From contig CM059432.1 in NCBI GenBank assembly GCA_030390025.1, forward strand, positions 137,084,001-137,148,000: a stretch of 64,000 nt of DNA. The letters run 5' to 3'. The notes beneath the pieces were generated by a model. That model had not been told where the DNA came from, made no database searches, and was given only the letters and a program-made list of their open reading frames with translations. A program made the position numbers and the translations under genes. Positions 50,804 through 62,547 of the stretch are shown one piece after another; the first letter of the stretch is position 1; every line of letters starts with the position of its first letter. Source of the DNA: Squalus acanthias. Taxonomy: Eukaryota.

Positions 50804-50944
50804 CTGGCTGCTGTTTATGGACCCACCACCAACTTTTTACAAGCTCACTCCAACTCCCTGCAGCAATCAGGCAACCAGCAGCACCTGCTTACTCCTAGCC
50901 CCTCCCACCTAGAGAGTGCTGCCCACTGAGCCACAGCTGACACT

Positions 50945-51910
50945 CCCGCCTCGACAAAGCTACACTCTCTATGTAAGTCACTGAAAGTGGCACTGGGCCC
51001 CGACTCCACTAGGTGTATCGAGGAGGCTCAAGCTCGTGTGGTGATCCCGTCCGAACTGACCCCCGTTCGGACGGAATTCCTCATCGCCGCCCGGCTCTGA
51101 AAGCCCTCTCAGGAACCCTCGCCTCACAACTTGAGCCGTCTCGGGGAAATGCCCTCTGTGCCTTTTCATTCTGCACGGAGGGGTTTCCTGTACGGGCTGC
51201 TCCTGCACACTCTCCACTTTGTCATCTTCGTCTGCCGTCCAGACATGCCTTGGCATACCATCTTGCCGTCCGGCGGAGGCGGGGGTCCCCAATGGAGGGC
51301 TCTCTATGTGGGAGTCCTCCCTTTTTCTATTGGGGACTTGGCCTGGAGGGTGTTGCACGGAGCAGTCCCTTTTTCTATTGGGGACTTGGCCTGGAGGGTG
51401 TTGCACGGAGCAGTTCCGTGCAATATGGTTTTAAACAGGTTCACAGACTCCCATGCCGCCTGCCTTTTCTGCGGCCTGGAGGAGTCCATGTTTCATGTAT
51501 ATATGGAGTGTGAGAGATTGCAGCCCCTCTTCCATTATTTGAAGGGGCTGCTCCTCGATTTCTGGCTGCACTTCAGTCCCACGTTCTTGATCTTTGGTCA
51601 CTGCGGAGGAGAGCGGACCTCCTCATCGGACTGCCCCTGGGCCTGGCCAAAGTTGCCATTAACTGGTCCAGGCAGCGTGCGGTCAAGGGGGTCGTTCGGC
51701 CCGATTGTCTGCCTCTCTTCCGTGGCCACGTTCGCGCCCGGGTGGCCCTGGAGATGGAGCACACGGTGTCCGCCGGCACGCTCGAGGCCTTCCGCGACCG
51801 GTGGGCGCCGTGGGGACTGGAGTGCATCATCACCCCGGCAAATCAAATTTTAATTTAATTTGTTAAGTTTTATTTAAAGTTTTATTAGTTACAGTTTATT
51901 TGTTTATCTA
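50945..51910 (+). mobile_element. Second, GC-rich Tx1-family ORF2 3' fragment
   Basis: GDLAWRVLHGAVPCN..ACLFCGLEESMFHVYMEC (zf-RVT-like); T-rich 3' UTR; internal 48-bp tandem duplication. Confidence 0.85.
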
Positions 51911-51991
51911 CCCATCAAAAGAGTACACTGTCTATGTAGTCAAAAGGAAAATTTGCTCTTGTATCTTCATTAAGGAGCATTGAACATGTGC

Positions 51992-52100
51992 AATAAAAAC
52001 AGAAAATGCTGGAGATACTCAGCTGGTCAGTCGGTGAAGAGATGCTGTCCCAGGCTGTTTCTGTTTTTATTTCAGATTTCCAGCATCTACAGTATTTTCT
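51992..52100. mobile_element. Collapsed Penelope-like family B hairpin remnant (another at ~52625-52675)
   Basis: aataaaaacagaaaatgctgg ... tttctgtttttatttcagatttccagcatc. Confidence 0.65.
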
Positions 52101-52184
52101 TATTGAACATGCGCATCCTGGTTCATCCAATTTCAATTGCAGTAAGTCGAGATGCACTAAGTTGCTGAAACGTTTTGTGCTATC

Positions 52185-52531
52185 CTATCCCTGTAACATC
52201 CTCCAGCCCTACAACACTCCGAGAACTCTGCAATCCTCCAATTCTGGCATCTCCGATTACCTTCGCCCCACCATTGGCGGCCGTGCCTTCAGTTGTCTCA
52301 GCCCTAAGCTCTGGAATTCCCTCCCTAAACCTCTCCGCCTCTCTACCCCTCTCTCTCCTCCTTTAAGACGCTCCTTAAAACCAACCTCTTTGACCAAGCT
52401 TTTGGTCACCTGTCCTAATATCTCCTTATGTGGCTCGGTGTCACATTTTGTTTGATAACACCCCTGTGAAGCACCTTGGGACGTTTTACTGTGTTAAAGG
52501 CGCTATATAAATACAAGTTGTTGTTGTTGTT
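52185..52531 (+). mobile_element. L2 3' end
   Basis: TIGGRAFSCLSPKLWNSLP; (ttg)n tail. Confidence 0.9.
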
Positions 52532-52847
52532 GCTTCCCGCTGGAGAACCCCCTGCAGAAATTCCAGGCGGAAGTATGTTCCCCAGTCTACACGAAAGATA
52601 CTCAATTAAAAAAAATCTTGAAACAAAAGCAAAATACTGTGGATGCTGGAATGTTTCCAGCATTTTCCGTTTTTTAATATTTTAATTAAGCATCTTGATG
52701 TTCTGAAAAAATGGCCCAGAGGAACCAGTCCTCAGCCTAAAGCCAGTACCGGACCAGGGCTTTGGCAGCTGAGGCCAGGTGCACAGAGGGAGGGGAAAGG
52801 CCAGGGGCTGGGGAGGCCCAAGGACTCCTTACAGGGCCTGGTGGGCA

Positions 52848-53015
52848 TGATGCGGAGATGCCGGTGTTGGACTGGGGTGGACAAAAATGAGAAGTCGCAC
52901 AACACCAGGTTATAGTCCAACAGTTTTATTTGAAATCACGAGCTTTTGGAGCGCTGCTCCTTCGTCAGGTAAAGTGAAGGAATACAAATCAGCAAAGCAT
53001 ATATAGACAGAGAAC
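52848..53015 (-). mobile_element. Penelope-like family A terminus with a degenerate hammerhead
   Basis: Matches 28423-28545; minus strand cctgacgaaggagcagcgctccaaaagctcgtga (GAAA mutated). Confidence 0.8.
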
Positions 53016-53199
53016 AATGTGTAGCGTACAATGTCAGACGACTATAGTAAATCTTACTGACTGCCCTCCATCACACCTCGGCAGAGATACAATCAGTCAG
53101 GAAGGCATTACATCAAAGACACAGCAAAATACAGCTAAGACAATGAGGTGGTGTCACAGGGGGTCCAATGTGTCTGTATGGTTAAGCTTTTTACTTTTT

Positions 53200-53620
53200 T
53201 TTAAAACTGGAAATCACATCTGTGAACAAGCCTGGTGGGGGGGAGGGGGGAGCTCTCCTGTTCCTCCTGGCCGCAAGGAGTTCGCCCAATTTCTCTAAAC
53301 TTTCCTTGATGTCTTCTGGCAAGTCGGCTCCTCCTGCCGTGGCTCGTGCTGTCAGGTTTGACACCGGGAGGGTCTCCCCCGGCCGTGCACTGAAGATCAC
53401 GTCGCGGCAACTGCTGACGTCACCGGGCTGCGACTTTGTAATTTAAATTAGGCCCACGCTTGCCCGCAGCGGGAGCCTCGGCCGACTTCACAGTCAGTGA
53501 AGATAAGATGTCGCCAGGCGGGAACGGAGTGACCTCAAGCCGGTAAATGGACTTGGCCTGATCTTAACACCCCCTCCCGTACACCATTCTCACTGGGCAA
53601 GGGGGGTTCAAATTGAGGCC
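53200..53620. mobile_element. Partial GC-rich Harbinger-type MITE
   Basis: One TIR-like end (aaattgaggcc); motif shared with ~54430-54470 and ~22630-22810. Confidence 0.5.
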
Positions 53621-53824
53621 AGGAGGTCTCTCCTGCGTGCTATATTATTTGACAAGGGTTTTCACTCAGACTCCGTGAGATTACAGCTCCTTCTTACTCT
53701 GTGTTGTGTCCTTGACCTTTCTTGGGCTAAGTCTGCCAGGTTCAAAAACAGTCGTGGGATAACCAGTCCAGCGAGCTGACAGTCAACTGACTGAGCCAAG
53801 TACTGTTCCTTACGAAGATGGGAT

Positions 53825-54972
53825 ACCATTCCCAGAACCATTCCCCCTTGTCCTCACCTTTCACCCCATTAATCTCCACATTTAACGGATCAACCTCCGC
53901 AAGAAAAATCACCTCCTCCTGCCTTGAACCAACGTTCCTTTTGTCATTTAATCACTCCTGCCCTCCACTCCAACACTGACCTTTCCCCTATGTTCTTTCC
54001 ATGCCCCCCTTTTTCCCGGCTTTGTATTTGCTTAAAAGCTGTTTATCGCCAGTGTCTTCCCGGTTCTGATGAAAGGTCATCGACCTGAAGCGTTGGGGCC
54101 GATATTAATCACCCTACGACGGACAGGAGAGGGTCGGGGAAGGGGGAGGCTCAAAATTAAAAATCGTCAAAACGTGACCCCAACCCGCCGTGTATGCGCC
54201 CGTTCCTGTTTTTACAGTGGGGTGCCGCACACCGTGTCCGTGTTACGCTCTCGAGCGGCAGGGCAGCTCATTATAATATTTAAATAAAGCTCCCACAGTG
54301 TAGTCGGGAGCCTGGTTGAAACTTAACGCTGGCCGGCAGGGTATTTCCCAGGGCTCGGGAAACCCGGCAGATAAATGGAGACGGGAGCAGCCGGATCGAG
54401 CAGGTAAGTGCTTTGTATAGTGCTGCTTGTGGGTCAGGGGGAGCAGGAGCGCTTCCCCACCAGGCCCACCTCCAGCAAACCTTCTGTCAAATGCGGCCTC
54501 TCCCCACTGCCACGCCCTGCCGACCCCGCCCCTCCTTGCGCCACCCGATCCCTCCCTCCCGATTGCCAGTCCGACGGTCCTGTCTCCGTTATGCCCCGCC
54601 ATCTTTGCCGATGGCCGGGAATGTCTACAATGGTCAGGAGGAGCAGGAGGGCTTCACCCCACTCTACCTCCCCTCCCCCCCCCCACTCCCCCACCCCCCC
54701 GGCCTGCAGGCTTTCCGGCCCGGCTGCCATCACAGACTGTCAATCGATCTGGCTGCCGTGGGAGAAACGGAGTAAAAAAGTCAATAATATGGCCCTGCCA
54801 GTAAATTTGGCAGGGCCTCCGCTTGCCCGTGATTTCCAGGTTTCGCCCGCCCACTGCCCACTACCACGCTCCCTCCTGCCTCCCTGAAAATATTGGGGCC
54901 GTTAACACTCTGTCTCTCTCCCTCTCCATAGGTGCTGCCTGACCTGCTGAGTGTTTCCAGCATTTATATTTC
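53825..54972 (+). mobile_element. Penelope-like family B fragment interrupted by a MITE
   Basis: PLVLTFHP-like coding remnant at ~53846; ctgatgaaaggtcatcgacctgaagcgtt|MITE|gttaac..tctctctcc..gctgcctgacctgctgag. Confidence 0.7.
54095..54900. mobile_element. Harbinger-type MITE
   Basis: TIR ggggccgatatt / aatattggggcc; TSD GTT. Confidence 0.85.
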
Positions 54973-55101
54973 ATTATTCCCTACTTATCTGCCTCCTGTT
55001 ACAATCTTCTGCCGGAACTGTGTTTTTAGAGGCTATGTTCTATTTTCCATGTACCCCCAGCACACTATTCCCACTTTATACAGATACAGAGTTTACAAAA
55101 A

Positions 55102-56308
55102 AGGTTGTCAACCCTTCAGGATTGGCCTGGAGTCTCCAGGAATTAAAGGTTAATCTCCAGGACACTGCAGGAGAAAAAAAAAATCATTGGGACATTAAAA
55201 AAAGTGTGTTCTTTTTCATTTTCTGTGAACACTTTTGTTTATTTTCCTGCATTACCACAGTAACTATACTTCAAAAGTACTTCACTTTCTGTAAGGCGCT
55301 TTGGGACGTCCTTAGATCTTGAAAGAAGCTCCACCATCTCCGAGGACAATGCCCTCGAAATACCACGTGGCGAGTTGCATCACTTTTGCGCCAATGGAAA
55401 ATGAGTTGCGATTGCCAATGGTCTGGAGAGGTATTTACACCCGAATTTCCTGGGTCAGTTCCTGTACTCCGCCACAAGAGGTCAGTATTGGCACGAGTGT
55501 ATGCTTAACACCTGCCAATGGATTCTCTTCACTACTTATAAACGAAACGTGCCGGACCGCTCATTGAATAAACTACTGAGTCATACATTTGGAGAATGTT
55601 TTGCTCTGCTGCCCGTAAAAAGAAAAAAACCCTTGCATTTATACAGCGCCTTTCATGACCACCAGATGTCCCAGAGCACTTTACAGCCAATGAAGTAACT
55701 GTTGTAATGTGGGAAACATGGCAGCCAATCTGTTCACAGCAAGCTCCCACAAACAGCAATGTGACAGATAATCTGTTTTTTGTTATGTTGGTTGAGGGAG
55801 TCTCCAGCAATTAACAGTTAATCTCTTGGAAAACTGTTGGGATCAACAGCTGGGAGAAGATTCACTTTTTATTCACTTTCTTTGAACACTTCGGTTTATT
55901 AGTTGATGAGACGTTAAACCGAGGCCCCGTCTGCCCTCTCAGGTGGACGTAAAAGATCCCACGGCCACTATTGTGAAGAAGATCAGGGGAGTTATCCCCG
56001 GTGTCCTAGCTAGAAAAACAGATTATCTGGTCATTATCACATTGCTGTTTGTGGGAGCTTGCTGTGCACAAATTGGCTGCTGCGTTTCCCACATTACAAC
56101 AGTGACCACGCTTCAAAGAAATACTACGTTGGCTGGAAAGCGCTTTGGGACGTCCGGTGGTTGTGAAAGGCGCTATAGAAATGCAAGTCTTTCTTTCTTT
56201 AAAAGTGCTGGCGATGGGGGAGAAAAGGCTGTTTGACCAGGGCGGGTCGATTGGAGGTCATGTTTTGAAACCTCCAGGAATAGGTCCGTCCGGAGGTGGC
56301 GACCCTAG
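55102..56308. mobile_element. Probable hAT-type (TAGGGTTGCCA-ended) MITE fragmented by several DeuSINE pieces (55245-55325 +, 55617-55797 -, 55905-56200 +)
   Basis: Ends aggttgtcaaccc / ggtggcgacccta; repeated ctccagga subterminal motifs. Confidence 0.55.
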
Positions 56309-56379
56309 TTACTGCTGATGTAGCTGCGACGGTTTAACCAGGTGATTGGTTAACCGTCAGAAATCACTTTGAAGAGGTT

Positions 56380-57357
56380 GGGGTAAATATTCGTCCGGCT
56401 GCGTTTTCGGGCTCACAGATATCGGGCTGCCTGAAGCAAGACGCCCGAGGATTGATGGAAGTAGGTGCTGCCGTCTTGTCAAACATCGGGCAGCCTGTCT
56501 CGCTGGCAGAGGACCTCAGGAAATTTCCAAAGTGGGGCGAGGGTGTGGGGGGTGGGGGGGGGGGGGGAGTGGGCTACAGAGGGGCGGGGGACTGATCGCA
56601 ACTCCTGTGGAGTTGGGGGGAGCGCTCCTGGCTTCGCCTGGCTCCATAGGAAGGTGTTTGTAAGTTACGCACACCTTAGGGGACTGGCATCAGCTGTCCT
56701 TTTGCCTCTGGTGCCCTTATTTTCAAAATGGTCAGCCTACATGCTGTAAAAATTTTCAGTAGAGTGGGGAGTTCTTTACCAGCGGCAGCGAAACCCGCTC
56801 TATCCCTGGGATCGAACCGTTGCAAGCGTTCCGTCCCAGAGATAGAGCGGGCTCTCTGCCGCTCTGCATGCTGGGAATGCGCTCCCCCATTCCACAAAAG
56901 CCGTTTTTCTTTCACTAATCCCGCTGCCACCCCGCGCCGACCGGCGTGCACTGACCTCGCGGGAATTCGGGGGGGGGCCAAAAGGATGCCAGCTGCAAGG
57001 GGAAGCGCCCGTGACCCCGACTCAGTGACAGCTTTGCAACAGGCTGTCTCCCGGGTTTTAAGTTGTGTAAAAGGGCTTGGTGCATTGAAGACTGCCTGCG
57101 GTTAATAATTTGCGCCTGTCCATGGTCTCAGAGGGCCTCTTGTATATTTTACCTTTGGGTGTCTCAATGGGTGTCCATTTTTTGCAGAGGTCCCGTTTAT
57201 ACAGGTTTCACTAAACTTCGCTTTGGTTGGCAGCTGCAGAGCCCGACGAAAGACCCCTGCCCCGCTCAACAGTTACTAATTTCTCAAAGGGACCCTTTAA
57301 CAGACGTTAGGCCACTAATTTGCATAGTCAAGGCGGCCTAACGCATATTTTAGGCTT
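56380..57357. mobile_element. Probable degenerate GC-rich Harbinger-type MITE
   Basis: ggggtaaatatt start and catattttaggc end; composition like the other MITEs; TSD not resolved. Confidence 0.45.
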
Positions 57358-57370
57358 CTGCCCAGGACAG

Positions 57371-58630
57371 CAACAACAACAACAACAACAACTTGTATTT
57401 ATATAGCGCCTTTAACGTAGTAAAACGTCCCAAGGCGCTTCACAGGAGCATTGATCAGACAAAGTTTGACACCGAGCCACATAAGGAGATATTGGCCCGG
57501 ATATTCCGATGTCCCTACGGGTGGGTACACAGCGCTGTCTACACACCCGTAGGGACATCGCAAAGTGCCGGTTTCAGGCACGCACAGCGCATGCGCTGAA
57601 AACCGGCATTTCCGATCTGTCAAGAATGCTCTTGACAGATCGTACGCCTGCCCTGGAGAAGGGCCTCTGCGGGCGGATAGTTCCACGTTCTGGAGAACCT
57701 CCGCCCGCAGAAAACGCGTAGAAATCTTACCCCTGGTAAAAGCCGGCGTAAGGCCTGCTTTTACCAGCATAAGAGTTGAAAAAAGTTTTTACATTTTTTT
57801 CACTCATTTATAATTTAAAAACACTTTAAAAAAGGTAAGTTTATTTTTAACCCCGTAAAAAACTGTAATTACTTTTTTCAAAAATTAAATTTTTGTTTAA
57901 AATATTTAATTTGTTGTAATTTCAACTCATTTTAAAAATATGATGTTTTTTTAAAATTTATTTAATGTTTTACTATGTTTTTGGGGTGATCTCCATTCAT
58001 ATATTTGACGGGTCTATCTGTCAAGCGTATGAAGGGAGATTCCCTTCTCCTATTGGCTCCCCATGGCCCACGTGATCCCAGCGCTTGCGAACCGCCTGCG
58101 CCTCTGGGATACGTGGGCCCTGCGCATTTCGAGTTGGAGAGGCCCTGGAGCGGAATTATACGCACCTCGGGAGCCCTCAGGTAAGTCCGTAGATTTTTTC
58201 CAGATCGGAGGCCTCCGCACGGAGGGAGCCTCCAATCGGAAAATACGGCCCATTAGGACAGGTGACCAAAAGCTTGGTCAAAGAGGTAGATTTTAAGGAG
58301 CGTCTTAAAGGAGGAGAAAGAAGTAGAGAGGCGGAGAGGTTTAGGGAGGGAATTCCAGAGCTTAGGGCCTCGGCAGCTGAAGGCACGGCTGCCAATGGTG
58401 GAGCGATTAAAATCGAGGATGCTCAAGAGGCCAGAATTGGGGCAGTGCAGAGATCTCGGGGGGGGGTTGTAGGGCTGGAGGAAGTTACAGAGATAGGGAG
58501 GGGCGAGGCCATGGAGGGATTTGAAAACAAGGATGAGAATTTTAAAATCGAGGCATTGCCAGAAAGGGAGCCAATGTGGGTCAACGAACACAGAGGTAAT
58601 AGGTGAACGGGTCTTGGCGTGAGTTAGGAT
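57371..58630 (-). mobile_element. L2 3' fragment interrupted by a MITE
   Basis: HWLPFWQCLDFKILILVFKSLHGLAP; (caa)n tail. Confidence 0.9.
57494..58251. mobile_element. Harbinger-type MITE
   Basis: TIR ggcccggatattccgat / atcggaaaatacggccc; TSD ATT; subterminal hairpin 57508-57559. Confidence 0.88.
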
Positions 58631-58631
58631 G

Positions 58632-59102
58632 TGTCAGCCATTGGCTCAGTGGGTAGTACACTTGCTCTCTGAGTCAGAAGGTTGTGGGTTCAAGTCCCAC
58701 TCCCGGGACTTGAGCACATAAATCTAGGCTGACATTCTAGTAGCAGTGCTGAGGGAGTGCTGTACTGTCGGAGGTGCCGTCTTTCAGATAAGACGTTAAA
58801 CCGAGGCCCCGTCTGCTCTCTCAGGTGGACGTAAAAGATCCCATGACACTATTTTGAAGAAGAGCAGGGGAGTTATCCCCGGTGTCCTGGCCAATATTTA
58901 TCTCTCAATCAACAGAACAAAAAAAACAGATTATCTGGTCATTATCACCTTGCTGTTTGTGGGAGCTTGCTGTGCACAAATTGACTGCCGTGTTTCCGAC
59001 ATTGAAACAGTGACTACACTTCAAAAGTACTTCAGTGGCTGTAAAGCGCTTTGGGAAATCCTGAGGTCATGAAATGTGCTATAAAAATGCAAGTCTTTCT
59101 TT
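58632..59102 (+). mobile_element. DeuSINE full length
   Basis: Head-to-tail match. Confidence 0.9.
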
Positions 59103-59247
59103 ATCACAGCTGTGATTTGCTCTCTGTTGAAAGCTCTTGATTAAAAAAATAAAAACAAAACTGCCTTTCAGAAAGACCTGAAGGATTTGGGATGGCTTTG
59201 AGTCAGATTTATCTGATTACATTTCTGAAAAGATCCCTTTAGACGTA

Positions 59248-59963
59248 GGGGGAAAAATTGGGTGGCGGCCCTTTTAGCGCCCCGAAATAATTAGCACCCC
59301 TCCGCCTGAAATTCAGTTGTAGCGCCCAAGCAGGAGGTGGGACGCTACTGGAAGCGCTCCGCCTCCTTCTTGGGGCACTACAACTGAATGTCGTGGCACT
59401 GTGTGCAACAGCGTCACGTGCGTCGGCACGTAGCGCGCGTCATTGCAGGCCTCCTCCCCTGATTAAAGGGGAGGGGCCTAGCACTGCGCGCACCGGGGCC
59501 CTGCTGGACCACCGGGGAGCGGGGTGCCGGGAAAACAGCTCGGCACTCAAGAGGAGCGCCGGACTGAGCGATCGTGGCCGGCACCCCGAAGAAAAAAGGG
59601 GAAGGGGGCAGGTGCTGGCTGTCGGCCAAAGAAAAATGGCCGCCCAACACCTGCCCTTTAACTTGCGCCGCCGCGGCTGCAAAATCGCCACCCTGACCCT
59701 GTCGGACATATCGTCCGGCGATAGGTCAGGGGGCGCAACCCAAGTTTGCGGCCGGGGCACGAGCGGGGCGCGGCGCACGGCGATGATGTCAACGCCAGAG
59801 GCGCAGCACCGCGGGGCGCTACCGGCTACCGCCGCCGCTAACCTCCCACTGCATTTCGCAGGAGGCATCAGCGGCGCCGTGTCCAGGCGCTAGGGGAATT
59901 GCGCCCCGTTAGCGCCCCCGGGGGGGGTTAATGAGAGGCGCAAATCAACCCTATTTCTCCCCC
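59248..59963. mobile_element. Harbinger-type MITE (CpG-rich, related to 38913-39573)
   Basis: TIR gggggaaaaattggg / ccctatttctccccc; TSD GTA. Confidence 0.87.
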
Positions 59964-60025
59964 GTAGCGTCTTGTCCTTGTACCACATTATGTCATGTGG
60001 CCGCGCTACAATATGCTGCAGCTGC

Positions 60026-60059
60026 TGCAGTATAAACCGTTGGTCACTAGGTGGCAGCA
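60026..60059 (+). promoter_or_regulatory. Candidate CTCF site (core plus upstream TGCAG module)
   Basis: tgcagtataaaccgt-tggtcactaggtggcagca resembles TGGCCACYAGRKGGCRS. Confidence 0.45.
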
Positions 60060-60760
60060 TCCACACTCTGGTGGCTACTTGCCTGCGTTGGTATTTCTAG
60101 TTCTGTAACCACCTCAATGCCCAATGTGACTGTCTACATGATGTTTCACTTTTCGAGAATTAACTTTGATTTATATGTTCTGTTCAAACTACAATTTGCA
60201 CCAACTTTGCCTTAATGCATTTTTTCCCTTCCCTTTCCGAAAGAAAACCATTACATATTATAAAATAGATTCCTTAAAGGAGTCAACAGTAAAAGATCAC
60301 TTTCAATTGCGTTCTGTTGTGTATAGAGATCACTCTCCTTGTCCTGTGCCTGCAACAGGGCCAGTTTATCAACTTTGAATGTTAAACAGAACAGTCTGCC
60401 TGCATTCCTGAACATAATTGCCTGAGGGTTAGTCAGAAGAGGAGAGTGATTATGGTATTAAAGTAATAAGCAGTTGGTTAAATGCAGTGGGTTTATTTGG
60501 CTGGCCTTATTCAACTTGCTTTTATACTGTAGATTTTCTGGGTGAAATGAGGTGAAAGGTTATGCCAGGGTTGGTCAATCAGTTTCGAATGCAACTGACA
60601 GTTGTGTCAGCCGTGGCTCAGTGGGTAGCACACTGAGGCAGAGCAGTTGTGGGTTCATAGTCCCACTCCAGGGACTTGAGCACAAAAATCCAGGCAGACA
60701 CTCCAGTGCAGTGGTGAGGGAGTGCTGCACTGTCAGAAGTGCTGTCTTTCAGATAAGATG

Positions 60761-62241
60761 TGTAGGGGGTGGTGGTTTGTGTCAGCTTCACCTCTGACTT
60801 CTGAGCGGTTCGAATCGCTCCCACTCCCTTGGTTCTAGACCTTGGACTTATTTGGGGGTTGTGACAAAAAGTGCAGCAGACAACTGGGTTTGATGCAAGA
60901 ACTTTGCTCTTTATTCAACCAAAATAAAACACAATACAAACACTCTTAACACTCTAAAAGTGGTGAACACTTCGGTACAAACGAGGGAAATAACATTAGA
61001 AGAATACTTCACCCCTCCCAATCCCACTTTACTAGCTGGGTTGGACTCCAGAGGACCAGGGATGATACTCACCAGAATCCTCGACAGTTGGGTTAGTTCG
61101 CGGTTTTGGGGTTCGCTCTATATGTTGGTTGGTGTCTGCCGTACCCCGGACACGGTAGAGGACTTCAACTGCGTATCTGGTCAGTCTTCGCGAGTCCGCT
61201 GATGCGGTAGGGTGCGTATTGGATCTATCAGGTGAGTACCCACTTTTCCTTGGTTTAGAAGTAGGGTTTAGAGTTTTTTAGGGAAAATCTTACCCAGGGG
61301 TAAGTCAGGAGTAGATTGTAGAGTGGAAACTTTGCGGATCTTCGGTTTTTCTTTGAGTTGGTTTTCTTTGGTCGCGGTGGCCCAATCTTGGTACTTGTTG
61401 TTCGGTTGGTTGTTTTCGTGAGGCCCTTGTTGCCGCGAGGTGTCCGATGGTCACTGAGGCGGTCGTTCTGGTTTCTTCCACATGTCGGCCTACTTCATTG
61501 GATGGTCTGGCCTTCGAGCTGTCGACCTCCTGGCTGGACACGGAACGCTGAACGGTGATGTTTTAGAACTGTGTTGCGGAGAATGCCTCCGTGGATGTCT
61601 TGTTCTTCTTCCTTCCTCTTCTTCTTTTTCAGGTTAAGAACGGGCCTTCAATTATACTAATTGAAGCTTCCTTATCTGCGCGCCAAATCAGTGTCAGTGT
61701 TAGATTTTGGCGGGCTCGTTAACGGTAACTTGTTTGCTAATGTGTGAAGTGGTTTCGGGATGGCTCCATCCTGTCGATTTGCCACTTAATCGTAGTTGAT
61801 TGTCCCCAAGTTTTGGGTTTCTTGACTGGGCCTGGGATTTCTATAGAGTAGGCCGAAGTGATCTGTTTTATGCATGTTTTTAATGGGCTCTGTAAATTGG
61901 GGTGGAGACTGCTTTTCCTCGGGTTTATTATAAGGATGTTAATGTCTGATAGGGGCCGATTTAACTCCCAGCGAGGTCATGCGGTTCCCCAGACAGTTTC
62001 CATTAACTCCAATACCCAAACTGTCTTTACAGAGGTTGAACCCACCTTCCTTCACAGCCTTTTCTCCCTTACAAGCCCAGACATGTTTTAAAATACCAAA
62101 TCTTGATTTTTGCTCAAAATGTCCTTCGCTTAGGCCCCATGCACTTCACCACCCTGCAATAGTTAGAAACGAGTCCAAAGTCCTTTTTCTTAGGGTTTTT
62201 CTTAGAGTTTTGGGGGATCTGTGAATTTTGAGAATCTTACA
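60761..62241 (-). mobile_element. Solo LTR, 1481 bp (Gypsy or ERV class undetermined)
   Basis: TGTAG...CTTACA termini; 4-bp TSD GATG; minus-strand AATAAA at ~60910-60915 and TATA-like tagtataatt at ~61650-61659; no internal coding region. Confidence 0.85.
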
Positions 62242-62386
62242 GATGTTAAACCGAGACCCTGTCTGCCCTCTCAGGTGGACGTAAAAGATCCCATGGCACT
62301 ATTTTGAAAAAGAGCAGGGGAGTTATCCCCGGTGTCCTGGCCAATATTTATCCCTCAATCAACATAACAAATAAAACAGATTATCT

Positions 62387-62547
62387 AGGCTGTTCCATCT
62401 CCAGTTTTTTCCAGTTCTGACGAAGGGTCATCGACCTGAAACGTTAACTCTGTTTCTCTCTCCACAGATGCTGCCTGACCTGCTGAGTATTTCCAGCATT
62501 TTCTGTTTTTATTTCTGATTTCCAGCATCCGCAGTATTTTGCTTTTG
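62387..62547 (+). mobile_element. Penelope-like family B terminus with an intact-looking hammerhead
   Basis: 15-bp TSD taaaacagattatct; agtt-CTGACGA-a-gggtc(atc)gacct-GAA-ACGT-T-aact. Confidence 0.83.

Larger units (their letters stand above)
45095..50911 (-). mobile_element. Full-length Tx1-clade (L1 group) non-LTR retrotransposon, degraded
   Basis: ORF1 plus ORF2, short poly(A), 15-bp TSD gagtgtgctacccac (45080-45094) / gagagtgctgcccac (50912-50926). Confidence 0.93.
44641..50943 (-). mobile_element. DeuSINE split by the Tx1 element (body 44641-45094, 5' head 50912-50943)
   Basis: The missing head tgagccacagctgacac reappears after the 5.8 kb insert. Confidence 0.9.

Noticed and set aside
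59248..59963. CpG island suggesting a host promoter (also 38913-39573)
   Set aside because: Bounded by TIRs and a 3-bp TSD, so it is a MITE
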